Part shown: piece by piece, positions 9,784 to 19,063 of the stretch
Layout: every line of letters starts with the position of its first letter
Numbering within the stretch: position 1 is the stretch's first letter
Assembly (NCBI GenBank): GCA_902826455.1
Contig: CADEEV010000002.1
Span: forward strand, 188,488 to 252,487
DNA from: an uncultured Acidobacteriota bacterium
GTDB taxonomy: Bacteria; Acidobacteriota; Vicinamibacteria; Fen-336
Direction of reading: 5' to 3'
Length of the DNA stretch: 64,000 nt
Position numbers and translations under genes: made by a program
Notes under the pieces: generated by a model
Told to the model about the DNA's origin: nothing
Databases searched by the model: none
The model's input: only the letters and a program-made list of their open reading frames with translations

Positions 9784-10698
9784 CTATTGTCCGCCGCGCT
9801 TCAGGAGAGCGGGGGTGCCGGGCTTCACGAGCTGCGACAGCTCCTCCGCGTCCCAGTTGGTGAGACGGATGCAGCCGTGCGACTGGGTCTTGCCGACCGA
9901 CGCGGGCTCGGGCGTGCCGTGGATGCCGTACTGCTTCTTCGAGAGCTCGATCCACACGACGCCCACGGGGTTGTTCGGGCCCGGCGGCACCTTCGCCTTC
10001 GCGTGGCTCTCGTCGGCGTCCCAGAACAGCTCGGGGTTGTAGAAGAACGGCGGGTTCTTCGCGACGCCCAGAACCTTCCAGTTGCCCACGGGCAGCGGGT
10101 CGTGCTCGCTGCCCATGGTCGCGGGGTAGTAGGCGATCGCCTTGCCGTCCGCGCCGATGGCGGTGACCGAGAGCGCCGTGCCGTCGACCACGACGCGCGC
10201 TGCCTTCTGCGCCGGAACCTCGCTGTGGACGTTCGGCACCTGGATCTCCTGGCCGGCGGTATCGAAGGCGACACCCGGGTTGAGGCTCTTCAAGAGCTCC
10301 GGGCTCGCATGGAATCGCTCGCCCAGGGCCTCCACGGCCGAAGCGTAGCCCAGGGCCGTCAGCTCCGCCTTCTCCATCATGTCTTCGGGGATCGGCTCGA
10401 ACGGGCCTGCGAGGTCGGCGTCGGTGAGGGTGTACGGCACCAGGGCCGGAGCGTCGGCGGTCTCCTCCTCCAGCGCCGACCAGGTGCCGGGGTTCGCGGT
10501 GCCGGTCGGCCGGAGTCCGTGTCGTTTCTGGAAACAGGAGAGCGCTTTGCGCGTGTTGCCGCCGTCCTGGCCGTCGATCTCGCCCGGCGAGCAGTGGGTC
10601 CGGTCGAGGAGTACCTGCATGCGGAGCGCGCTGCGCGCGGCCGCCGGCTCGGCTGCGCCCTGCGCCGCCGTCAGTAGAACGAACGCGATCTCAAGCAT
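9784..10698 (-). CDS. L,D-transpeptidase (YkuD domain) with signal peptide.
   Basis: 'HGTPEPASVGKTQSHGCIRL' catalytic motif. Signal peptide 'MLEIAFVLLTAAQGAA'. ATG (cat) at 10696-10698. Confidence 0.85.
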   Translation of the reverse strand: MLEIAFVLLTAAQGAAEPAAARSALRMQVLLDRTHCSPGEIDGQDGGNTRKALSCFQKRHGLRPTGTANPGTWSALEEETADAPALVPYTLTDADLAGPFEPIPEDMMEKAELTALGYASAVEALGERFHASPELLKSLNPGVAFDTAGQEIQVPNVHSEVPAQKAARVVVDGTALSVTAIGADGKAIAYYPATMGSEHDPLPVGNWKVLGVAKNPPFFYNPELFWDADESHAKAKVPPGPNNPVGVVWIELSKKQYGIHGTPEPASVGKTQSHGCIRLTNWDAEELSQLVKPGTPALLKRGGQ

Positions 10699-10770
10699 GG
10701 CTCGCACCTTGCAGTTCCGAATTGCAAGACGAATGCCGGTCACGCGTGACCGGCGATTTGAAAGGAAGCC

Positions 10771-11013
10771 ATGAAGAAGACCATCAAGACGAAGACGACC
10801 GTGAAGACGACCTCGAGCAAGAGCGCCCCGCTGGTGAAGACCAGCACGAAGGTGATCGCCAAGGGCGTCGCGCGTCAGGCGGCCGGTGCGGCCAAGGAAA
10901 CCGTCGGCGCCGCGACCCGCAACCGCACGCTGCAGGTGAAGGGCATGGCCCAGCGCACGGCGGGCAAGGCGCAGGTCGCGGTCGGACGCGCCGTCCGGGC
11001 CGCCGGCAAGTAG
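10771..11013 (+). CDS. CsbD-like small stress-response protein.
   Basis: 80-aa Lys/Ala/Gly-rich ORF with a CsbD-like pattern ('AKGVARQAAGAAKETVGAATRNRTLQVKGMAQRTAGKAQ'). GGAAG-type RBS upstream of the ATG. Confidence 0.55.
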   Translation: MKKTIKTKTTVKTTSSKSAPLVKTSTKVIAKGVARQAAGAAKETVGAATRNRTLQVKGMAQRTAGKAQVAVGRAVRAAGK

Positions 11014-11023
11014 TCGCCGGACG

Positions 11024-11770
11024 CTACCGCTTCCGGGGCCGGCAGTCCGGGCCGAAGGCCGCGTTGACCTTCAGGTCCGCGATCGCGAAGCGGTAGCCGT
11101 CGGCTTCGTAGCGCACCACGGCCACGGCGTCGGCCGGCACGTTCCTTCCCGCCGTCGCCCCCTTCCACAAGGCCGCGAGGCTGCACGCCGGATCGGCGAT
11201 CGGCGTGTCGGCCTTGAGCGTCGCGGTTTCGGGATAGCGGATCATGCCCCGGTTGGGGAAGGTCGCGCGAGACCCGTTGATGCTCCGGGAGATCGTGCGG
11301 CCCGGCTCCAGTACCGTGATCCTCACCGGCTCGTACCAGGGCCCGGCGCCGCCGCCCGCTCCGGGAGGCGGAGCGTTCGCGGGCCGCGGCACCTCCCTCA
11401 CGAAGCCGTAATCGACGCCCGGGCTCGGGCTGTAAGCCGCCTTGAGATCGAGCGTTCCGTCCGAGCGCACGAAGCGCACGTTCATCGACGTCAGCTGTGC
11501 GCCGGGTCCCGCGAGGTCCCGGGCGGCGCCGTAGGCCGCGATCGGGTCGAAGTGCGTCGCGTCGCCCGCCACCTCGCGCATCTCCGGCACCAGGCCGCCC
11601 GAGATCCTGCTGAGCGCCTCGTTGAGCCCGTCGGGCTTCATGAGCGGCGCCGCCGCGCGCCACGCGAAGCGCGCGCCGAAGCCGCCCAGCATCAGGGCGA
11701 CCAACGCCATCACGGCGAAGAAGATCAGGCAGCCGACCCAGCTGGGCGTGCGGACGCGGACGAAGGGCAT
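11024..11770 (-). CDS. Hypothetical membrane-anchored protein.
   Basis: 248-aa ORF with an N-terminal TM segment ('VGCLIFFAVMALVALMLGGF'). No recognisable domain. Confidence 0.6.
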   Translation of the reverse strand: MPFVRVRTPSWVGCLIFFAVMALVALMLGGFGARFAWRAAAPLMKPDGLNEALSRISGGLVPEMREVAGDATHFDPIAAYGAARDLAGPGAQLTSMNVRFVRSDGTLDLKAAYSPSPGVDYGFVREVPRPANAPPPGAGGGAGPWYEPVRITVLEPGRTISRSINGSRATFPNRGMIRYPETATLKADTPIADPACSLAALWKGATAGRNVPADAVAVVRYEADGYRFAIADLKVNAAFGPDCRPRKR

Positions 11771-11933
11771 GGTCGGCAGAGCATAGCGCGTGTGTCGAAA
11801 AGCATTGACAGCGTTCGACGCCCTCCTCTACGGTTACCGGCAAGTTCCTGAACGCCGGACAGGGTTCCCCTGCCGTGGCTTGCTTGCGGGCTCCGCGCGC
11901 TCCCGATCGTCTTGCGCGCGAGGGGACGTCGCC

Positions 11934-12602
11934 ATGAAGCGAGTGACGTGGGTCGTCGTGTTGCTGGGGTTGCTGGGCCCCGGCTGCGGCAAGAAGTTCG
12001 TGACGGTCCAGCTCACGCCGTCGAAGGTCGCGACCACGATCAACCAGAAGGAAGGGCACGAGGACGTCGTGTGCGGGACGCCCTGCGTCAACAACGTGCT
12101 CGTGGGCTGCACGGTCGAGAACAGCATGCTCGAGTCCCAACCGTCGTCGGCCCTCGTCGGCTATTCCGCCGCCTACAACCCCGGCACGCCGCCGTGCGAT
12201 TGCTGGGGCTGGGTGAGCTGCAGCTTCCGTAGCTACATGCTGTTCGACATGAGCGCGCTGCCGGCGCCGGACGTGATGAGCGCCCACGTGCGCTGGGCGT
12301 ACAAGACCGAGAAACATTCGGGAGGTACCGCGTCTGCCGACGGGTTCTGCGCTGCGGACCTGTATGTGGCCGAAGCTCCCTGGGGACCCTACAAGATCCC
12401 CGGGAGCTCGTTGGGCGTCACGAACCTGCAGAAGCCCATCGACGTCAGCAATCAGGTGCGGCAGTGGGCGAAGGGACAGAGCCCCAACCACGGCTTCTTC
12501 CTCGTGGGCCCCAGCGAGTCGCTTCCTTCGAAGAGCAAGGACGAGTGCATGACCCAGATCAGCCTGATCCGGCTCGAGGTGATGGTCGCGGTCCCGAAGT
12601 AG
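11934..12602 (+). CDS. Hypothetical Cys-rich lipoprotein.
   Basis: ATG at 11934 with lipoprotein signal 'MKRVTWVVVLLGLLGPGCG'. Cys-rich; contains 'NHGFFLVGP'. Confidence 0.65.
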   Translation: MKRVTWVVVLLGLLGPGCGKKFVTVQLTPSKVATTINQKEGHEDVVCGTPCVNNVLVGCTVENSMLESQPSSALVGYSAAYNPGTPPCDCWGWVSCSFRSYMLFDMSALPAPDVMSAHVRWAYKTEKHSGGTASADGFCAADLYVAEAPWGPYKIPGSSLGVTNLQKPIDVSNQVRQWAKGQSPNHGFFLVGPSESLPSKSKDECMTQISLIRLEVMVAVPK

Positions 12603-12605
12603 CGA

Positions 12606-13112
12606 TCAGGGAGCCCGGAACGTCCAGCCGCCCGTGAAGTTCTCCGCGTAGAGCGCCGTCCGCTGGCCGATCGGGAGGTTGCCGGGGTTGGGCCCGAGTA
12701 GCGAGGCGCGCAGCACCGTCGTCGTGAAGGGCAGGGCGCACTGGATCTCGAGACGCTTGGTGAGGAACTCCGTGGCGCGGCCCGCCGGCAGGTTCACCGC
12801 GGCGCTGAACCCGGTCGCGCACTGTCGCCCGGCGCCGTCGAAGAGCTGGGCATAGACCTCGGCGGGATTCACGGCATCGGCGTGGGTGTCGAGGATCTGA
12901 ATCGTGACGTCCGTCGTGCACTTGCCGCCGCACTCGTCAACGACGATCACCGTGCCGATGTCCGGCGCCCCGGCAGCGTCCATGTTGTTGATGGTGGTGG
13001 GCGAGGGCGTCGGCGTCGGAGTCGGCGAAGGCGTGGGGTTCGGTGCCGACGGACTGCTGCCGCCACAGGCCGGCAGCAACAGCAAGGACAGGATCGCGAG
13101 GCGTCGCTTCAT
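12606..13112 (-). CDS. Hypothetical lipoprotein with a Pro/Thr-rich linker.
   Basis: Lipobox 'MKRRLAILSLLLLPACGG' followed by 'PSAPNPTPSPTPTPTPSPT'. Only the last 168 codons of track ORF 12606..14462 look genuine. Confidence 0.65.
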   Translation of the reverse strand: MKRRLAILSLLLLPACGGSSPSAPNPTPSPTPTPTPSPTTINNMDAAGAPDIGTVIVVDECGGKCTTDVTIQILDTHADAVNPAEVYAQLFDGAGRQCATGFSAAVNLPAGRATEFLTKRLEIQCALPFTTTVLRASLLGPNPGNLPIGQRTALYAENFTGGWTFRAP

Positions 13113-13207
13113 CGTCACTACTCCAGGAAGAAACGAAGGAATGCGGACTGTACAGACCGTGTACGCCGTGCGCAAGGCACGGACGGGCTGCGGCTCGGCC
13201 GAATGGA

Positions 13208-14617
13208 CTACGGAACGGGAGCCGGTGAGGACGCGGGAACGCGCTCCAAGGGCCATCCGCCCCCGAGCGCCCGATAGACGTTGACCACGGCGATGAGCTG
13301 GTTCCGCTGCGTCTGCGACAGCGCGATCTCGGCGGGGAAGAGCTGGGTCTGCGCGTCCAGCACCTCGAAGTAGGCCGAGAGCCCGGAGTCGTAGCGCACG
13401 TTCGCGAGACGCGTGGCCTCGCGATAGGCGTTCACCGTGCGCTCGCGCTCGCGCTTGGTCTCGACCAGCTTCTGCCGGTCGTAGAGCGCGCGAGAGACGT
13501 CGCTCAGCGAGTTCGTGACCGCGGCCTCGTACTGCACCTTCGCCTCCTCGTAGCGCGCCTTTGCGGCGTCGTAGTTCTTCTTGATGCGGCCGGCCGCGAA
13601 GATCGGACCCACGAAGCTGGCCTCGACGCTGTAGGTCTTGCCGTTCGAGAAGATCTCGCCGAGCTCCGGGCTCACGTTGCCGAAGAGGCCGGTCAGGCTG
13701 AGGGCGGGGAAGAAGCTCGCCTTCGCGGCGCCGACGCCGGCGTTGGCCGCGACCAGGTAGTCCTCGGCCTGGCGCACGTCGGGCCGGCGCTCGAGGAGCT
13801 GCGAGGGGAGACCGGCCGGGACCTCGGGCGGCAGCAGCGACGCGCCGTCGCGCAGCACGGGCTGGGGCGGGCGGCCGACCAGGAAGTTGAGCTCGTTCTC
13901 CTTGGCGAGGATCGCGCGCTCGATCTCGGGGATCTGGGCGCGCACGGTGCCGAGCGAGGCCTCGGCCCGCGAGGTCTCGAGGGCCGAGGCGGCGCCGCCC
14001 GCGAGGCGCCGCTCGAAGAGATCGTAGGTGTCCTGGAACGTGGCGGTCGTGCGCTTCGCGATCTCGAGCTCGCGGTCGAGCTCGCGCAGCTCGAAGTAGG
14101 CGATCGCGACGTCGGACGAGAGGGTCAGGAGCACGCCGCGGCGCCCGTCCTCGCTCGCCAGGTACTGCGCCTTTGCCTGCTCGGTGAGCCGGCGCAGCCG
14201 GCCCCACAGGTCGATCTCCCAGTTGAAGCCGAGCTTCGCGGTCCACTTCGTGTCCACGACGCCGTCCGCGTTCACGAACTGGTCGTTGCGCACGCGCTCG
14301 ACGCCGCCGGTGTAGCCGACGTCGGGCAGCAGGTTCCCGCGCTGCACGCCGTAGAGGGCCCGGGCCTCCTCGACGCGGGCCGCGGCGAGGCGCGCGTCGA
14401 AGCCCTTGGCCAGGGCCTCCTCGACGAGCGCCTTCAGGAACGGGTCCTGGAACACGTCCCACCAGGGAGCGTCGGCGAGCGCGTGGGCCTCGGCGACGGC
14501 ATCCTGGCCGTAGAACGCCGTCGGCACGGTCACGGGCGGCCGCTTGTAGTTGGGGCCGACGGCGCAGCCGGCGAGGCCGGCGACGGCGAGCACGAGCCCG
14601 GCGCGGGCGGGCTTCAC
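13208..14617 (-). CDS. RND efflux outer-membrane factor lipoprotein (NodT/TolC family).
   Basis: GTG at 14617 overlaps the RND stop (GTGA). Lipobox 'LVLAVAGLAGC'. Sequence typical of the OMF family ('NYKRPPVTVPTAF...'). Confidence 0.88.
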   Translation of the reverse strand: MKPARAGLVLAVAGLAGCAVGPNYKRPPVTVPTAFYGQDAVAEAHALADAPWWDVFQDPFLKALVEEALAKGFDARLAAARVEEARALYGVQRGNLLPDVGYTGGVERVRNDQFVNADGVVDTKWTAKLGFNWEIDLWGRLRRLTEQAKAQYLASEDGRRGVLLTLSSDVAIAYFELRELDRELEIAKRTTATFQDTYDLFERRLAGGAASALETSRAEASLGTVRAQIPEIERAILAKENELNFLVGRPPQPVLRDGASLLPPEVPAGLPSQLLERRPDVRQAEDYLVAANAGVGAAKASFFPALSLTGLFGNVSPELGEIFSNGKTYSVEASFVGPIFAAGRIKKNYDAAKARYEEAKVQYEAAVTNSLSDVSRALYDRQKLVETKRERERTVNAYREATRLANVRYDSGLSAYFEVLDAQTQLFPAEIALSQTQRNQLIAVVNVYRALGGGWPLERVPASSPAPVP

Positions 14618-17600
14618 GCGTGGCCGCCTTCCGGCGCCGCCGTGGGCTCGCTCGGCGGGGCCTTGTGCCTGCGTTCGGCGCCGCCGATCCGCTCTACCAC
14701 CACGAACAGGACGGGGATCACGAAGATCGCGAGGCCCGTGGCTGCGAGCATGCCCGACACCACGGCCGTGCCGAGCACGACCCGTCCCCCGGCTCCGGCC
14801 CCGGTCGCGCGCCACAGCGGCACGCAGCCGAGGATGAAGGCGAACGACGTCATGAGGATCGGCCGAAGGCGCAGCCGCGCGCCTTCGAGGGCCGCGTCGA
14901 CGAGGCTCTCGCCGCGCTCGAAGCCGGCCTTCGCGAACTCGACGATCAGGATCGCGTTCTTGGCCGCGAGGCCGATCAGCATGACGAGGCCGATCTGCCC
15001 GAAGACGTCCAGGGCGAGGCCTCGCGACCACAGGCCGATGAAGGCGCCCACCACGGCGATCGGCACCGAGAGCAGCACGCTGAACGGCAGCGTCCAGCTC
15101 TCGTAGAGCGCGGCGAGGATCAGGAACACGAAGCCCAGGGACAGGCCGAAGACGAGCCCGGCGCGGCCGGCCGCCTTGCGCTCCTGGTACGAGAGGTCGG
15201 CCCAGTCGAAGCCCATCTCCTTGGGCAGCGTCTGGTTCGCGACCTCCTCGAGCACGTCCATGGCCTGTCCCGAGCTGTAGCCCGGCGCCGCCTGGCCCGT
15301 GATCTGCGCGGCCCGGAACAGGTTGAAGCGCTGCGTGTACTCGGGACCGAAGATGCGCCGCGTCGTCACAACGGTCGACAGCGGCAGCATCTCGCCCTTG
15401 CTGTTCCGCACGTGGAAGCGGTCGATGTCCTGGGGCGACACGCGGTCGGTGCCCTCGGCCTGCAGGAACACGCGCCACTGCCGGCCGAAGCGGTTGAACT
15501 GGTTCACGAAGATGCCGCCCAGGAAGGCCTGCAGCGTCTGGTACACGTCGGCGACGGCGACGCCCTGCTTCAGCACCTTCTCACGGTCGACGTCGGCGAA
15601 CACCTGGGGCACCGTGGCCCGGAACGAGCTGTTGACCCCCGTGAGCTCGGGGCGCTTGCGCGCGGCCTCGAGGAACTTCTGCAGGTTCTCGTTCAGGAAC
15701 TCGACCGAGCCGCCGCTCCGATCCTGGAGCCAGAACGAGAAGCCGCCGGCGTTGCCGATGCCGGGGATCGCGGGAGGCAGGAACGCGAAGGCGATGGCCT
15801 CGGGCACCTGCGCCCGCAGGTTCTTGTTGATCGTGGCCAGGATGCCCTTGGCGCCGAGGGCCGCGCCGTGGCGCTCGTCCCAGGGCTCGAGCGACACGAA
15901 GAAGAAGGCCGTGTACGAGGCCGAGGTGCGGGTCAGCAGGCTGAAGCCGTTGATCGTGGTCACGTAGCGGACGCCCTCGGTGTCGGCCAGCATCTTCTCG
16001 ATGCGGCCCGTCACCTCGGTCGTGCGCTGGAACGAGGCCGCGTCGGGGAGCTGCACGTTCAGCAGCATGTAGCCCTGGTCCTCGTCGGGCACGAAGCCGC
16101 CGGGGATCTTCCGGCCCAGGCCGCCGGCCAGCAGCATGAACCCCAGCAGGATGACGAAGGCCACGGCGGTCTTGCGGATCAGCCAGTGGGACGTGCTCAC
16201 GTAGCCGCGGGTGGCGCGGGCGAAGAGCCGGTTGAACCCGGCGAAGAAGCGCGCGAGCCAGCCGGTCGACTCCTTGCGGGGCCGCAGCAGCATGGCCGAG
16301 AGGGCCGGCGACAGCGTGAGCGCGTTGAAGGCCGAGATCAGCACCGAGATCGCGATGGTCACGGCGAACTGCTTGTTGAGCGCGCCCTGGATCCCGCTCA
16401 TCAGGCCGATCGGGATGAACACGGAGGAGAGCACGAGGGCGATGCCGACGACGGGGCCGGAGACCTCCTCCATGGCCTTGAGGGTCGCCGCGCGGGGTGC
16501 CATGCCTTCTTCGATGTGATGCTCGACCGCCTCCACCACGACGATCGCGTCGTCCACCACGAGGCCGATCGCGAGCACCAGGCCGAAGAGGGACAGGGTG
16601 TTGATCGAGAAGCCGAGGAGCGGGAAGAACGCGAAGGTGCCGATCAGCGACACGGGCACGGCGATCAGCGGGATCAGCGTGGCGCGCCAGTTCTGCAGGA
16701 ACAGGAACACCACGATGATCACGAGCAGCAGCGCCTCCCACAGCGTGTTGCCGATCTCCTTCATGCCCTCGGTGACGGGCTTGCTGGTGTCGAGGCCGAC
16801 CGCGTAGTCGAGGTCGGCCGGGAAGCGCTCCTTGAGCTGGGCCAGCTGGGCCTTGACGCCTTCCGCCACCGTGAGGGCGTTGGCGCCGGGGGAGAGGAAG
16901 GCCGCGACGAGCGCCGCGGGCTTGCCGCCGAAGCGGCCCGACTGGTTGTAGTTGAGCGCGCCGAGCTCGATGCGGGCCACGTCCTTCAGGCGCACGATCG
17001 AGCCCTCGGGCGTGATGCGCACCACCACGTCGCCGAACTCCTCGGGCGTCGTGAGGCGGCCCTTGGCGCGCACGGTGTACGTGAGCTGCTGGCCCTTCGG
17101 GGCCGGCTCGGCGCCCACGCGCCCGGCCGGGTTCACGTTGCTCTGCTGCTGCACCGCCCGCACCAGGTCCGGCACCGTGAAGCCGAGCTTCGCGAGCTTG
17201 TCGGGCTTCACCCAGATGCGCATCGCGTACTCGGACAGCCCGAAGTTCACCACCTGGCCGACGCCGGGCACGCGGTAGAGCGCGTCGTTCACGTTGATCA
17301 GGGAGTAGTTGCCGAGGAACAGCGAGTCGTAGGTGCCGTTCGGCGAGTAGAGCGCCGCGATCACCAGGGGCAGGCCCACCGTGCTGCGGTACGTGAGGCC
17401 GAACTGGTTCACGTCGGAGGGCAGGTTGGGCTGGGCCTGGGCGACACGGTTCTGGGCGTTCACCTGGTCGATGTTGACCTCGCTCTCGACGTCGAACGTG
17501 ACCGTGAGGGTCATCGTGCCGTCGTTGGCGTTGGTCGACTGCATGTACAGCATCTTGTCGACGCCGTTCATCTGCTGCTCGAGGGGCGTCGCCACCGACT

Positions 17601-17775
17601 GCTCGATCGTCACGGCGTCGGCGCCGGTGTAGCTCGTCTGGATCTGGATCTGGGGCGGGATGATCGAGGGGTACTGGGCGATGGGCAGTCCCGTCATGGA
17701 GACGAGACCGAGGATCACCGTGACGATCGCGATCACGATGGCGACGATGGGGCGGTCGACGAAGAAGCGCGACAT
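14614..17775 (-). CDS. RND multidrug efflux permease (HAE1/AcrB family).
   Basis: Canonical N-terminus 'MSRFFVDRPIVAIVIAIV', 1,053 aa, with 12-TM RND architecture. Confidence 0.95.
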   Translation of the reverse strand: MSRFFVDRPIVAIVIAIVTVILGLVSMTGLPIAQYPSIIPPQIQIQTSYTGADAVTIEQSVATPLEQQMNGVDKMLYMQSTNANDGTMTLTVTFDVESEVNIDQVNAQNRVAQAQPNLPSDVNQFGLTYRSTVGLPLVIAALYSPNGTYDSLFLGNYSLINVNDALYRVPGVGQVVNFGLSEYAMRIWVKPDKLAKLGFTVPDLVRAVQQQSNVNPAGRVGAEPAPKGQQLTYTVRAKGRLTTPEEFGDVVVRITPEGSIVRLKDVARIELGALNYNQSGRFGGKPAALVAAFLSPGANALTVAEGVKAQLAQLKERFPADLDYAVGLDTSKPVTEGMKEIGNTLWEALLLVIIVVFLFLQNWRATLIPLIAVPVSLIGTFAFFPLLGFSINTLSLFGLVLAIGLVVDDAIVVVEAVEHHIEEGMAPRAATLKAMEEVSGPVVGIALVLSSVFIPIGLMSGIQGALNKQFAVTIAISVLISAFNALTLSPALSAMLLRPRKESTGWLARFFAGFNRLFARATRGYVSTSHWLIRKTAVAFVILLGFMLLAGGLGRKIPGGFVPDEDQGYMLLNVQLPDAASFQRTTEVTGRIEKMLADTEGVRYVTTINGFSLLTRTSASYTAFFFVSLEPWDERHGAALGAKGILATINKNLRAQVPEAIAFAFLPPAIPGIGNAGGFSFWLQDRSGGSVEFLNENLQKFLEAARKRPELTGVNSSFRATVPQVFADVDREKVLKQGVAVADVYQTLQAFLGGIFVNQFNRFGRQWRVFLQAEGTDRVSPQDIDRFHVRNSKGEMLPLSTVVTTRRIFGPEYTQRFNLFRAAQITGQAAPGYSSGQAMDVLEEVANQTLPKEMGFDWADLSYQERKAAGRAGLVFGLSLGFVFLILAALYESWTLPFSVLLSVPIAVVGAFIGLWSRGLALDVFGQIGLVMLIGLAAKNAILIVEFAKAGFERGESLVDAALEGARLRLRPILMTSFAFILGCVPLWRATGAGAGGRVVLGTAVVSGMLAATGLAIFVIPVLFVVVERIGGAERRHKAPPSEPTAAPEGGHA

Positions 17776-17793
17776 GGGAGGGCTTCCTCGTCC

Positions 17794-18918
17794 CTAGCGC
17801 GCGGCGCTCTCGGGCGCCCAGGGCTTCGTCGTGACGACCGTGCCGGGCCGGGTGGTCTGAAGGCCCGTGACCACCACCTTGTCGTCGGCCTTCAGGCCCT
17901 TCGTCACGATCCACAGGTCGCCGGTCTTCTCCGCCAGCTCCACCGGGCGGATCTCGAGCTTGCTGTCGGCGCCCACGACGGCGACGCGGAAGCCGCCCTG
18001 CAGCTCGATCACCGCGCGCTGCGGGACGAGCAGGGCGCCGGTGCGCGTCTCGATCGAGGCGCGCACGCGGCCGTACTGGCCCGGCCGCAGGATGTTGTCG
18101 GGGTTCGGGAAGAAGCCGCGGATCGTCATGGTGCCCGTGCCCGGGTCCACCTCGCGGTCGGCCATCTCGGCGCGGCCCTTCTCGGGCCACACGGTGCCGT
18201 CGTCGAGGACGAGCTCGAGGAACGGCCCCTTCTTGGTGGTCGCGTAGTCCTTGCGGTTGATGCTGGCCGCGAAGCGCATGTACTCGCGCTCGCTGATCCC
18301 GTACGTCACGCGGATCGGGTCGACGGTCGAGACCGTGGTCATCACCGTCTGGGGGTTCACGAGGTCGCCCACCTGCGCCTTGGCGAGGCCGACGATGCCG
18401 TCGATCGGAGAGGTGACGTGGGTCCAGCCGAGGCCGAGGGCCGCCTGGTCCACGGCCGCCTTCGCGGAAGCCACCGCGGCCTGGGCGTTGCGCTGCGCCG
18501 CGAGGGCGTTGTCGAGCTCCTGCTGGCTGATCGCGCGCTGCGCGGCCAGGGGCGTGAAGCGCTCGACGTCGCGGTTGGTCTTCTCGAACAGGGCCTGGGC
18601 CTGGCCGAGTGCGCCTTGCGCCTGCTCGATCGAGGCCCGGAACTGCCGCGGGTCGATCTCGAACAGCCGGTCGCCCGCGCGGACGAACTGGCCTTCCTTG
18701 TAGTCCTGCTTCAGCAGGTAGCCCTCGACCTTCGGGCGGATGTCGGCGTTCACCGAGCCGTCGAGGGTCGAGATCCACTCCGTGGTGACGGGGACGTCGC
18801 GCTGCACCACGGAGACCACGGAGACCTCGGGCGGCGCGGCCGGCTGTTCCTTCTTGGCGCAGGCAACGGAGAGGAAAAGGGGCAGGGACAGGACTACGGC
18901 ACGCCTGTAGAAGTTCAC
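17794..18918 (-). CDS. RND efflux membrane fusion protein (periplasmic adaptor, lipoprotein).
   Basis: Lipobox 'LFLSVAC'. HlyD/AcrA-like coiled-coil and beta-barrel sequence. Lies 18 nt upstream of the RND gene. Confidence 0.9.
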   Translation of the reverse strand: MNFYRRAVVLSLPLFLSVACAKKEQPAAPPEVSVVSVVQRDVPVTTEWISTLDGSVNADIRPKVEGYLLKQDYKEGQFVRAGDRLFEIDPRQFRASIEQAQGALGQAQALFEKTNRDVERFTPLAAQRAISQQELDNALAAQRNAQAAVASAKAAVDQAALGLGWTHVTSPIDGIVGLAKAQVGDLVNPQTVMTTVSTVDPIRVTYGISEREYMRFAASINRKDYATTKKGPFLELVLDDGTVWPEKGRAEMADREVDPGTGTMTIRGFFPNPDNILRPGQYGRVRASIETRTGALLVPQRAVIELQGGFRVAVVGADSKLEIRPVELAEKTGDLWIVTKGLKADDKVVVTGLQTTRPGTVVTTKPWAPESAAR

Positions 18919-19063
18919 TGAGCGCTCCTGACGAAAGCATCATATATGAACGATCCAGCGCCTGACTATTAGACGAAGGTATGAGTGTCGCCTTTGAAGC
19001 GCGGCGCTACGCGGCTAGAATCCCGCGACCCCGTTACCGATGACCCCGACCCGGAGGTAGACG

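Noticed and set aside
12606-14462. A 618-aa Arg/Pro-rich ORF.
   Set aside because: Only its last 168 codons (12606-13112) form a plausible lipoprotein. The rest overlaps the OMF gene out of frame.
14620-18921. A 1,433-aa plus-strand ORF and a 1,120-aa minus-strand ORF (15581-18943) spanning the efflux operon.
   Set aside because: They are antisense or out of frame relative to unmistakable RND/MFP genes. Their translations are Arg/Gly/Asp/His low-complexity typical of GC-rich alternative frames.
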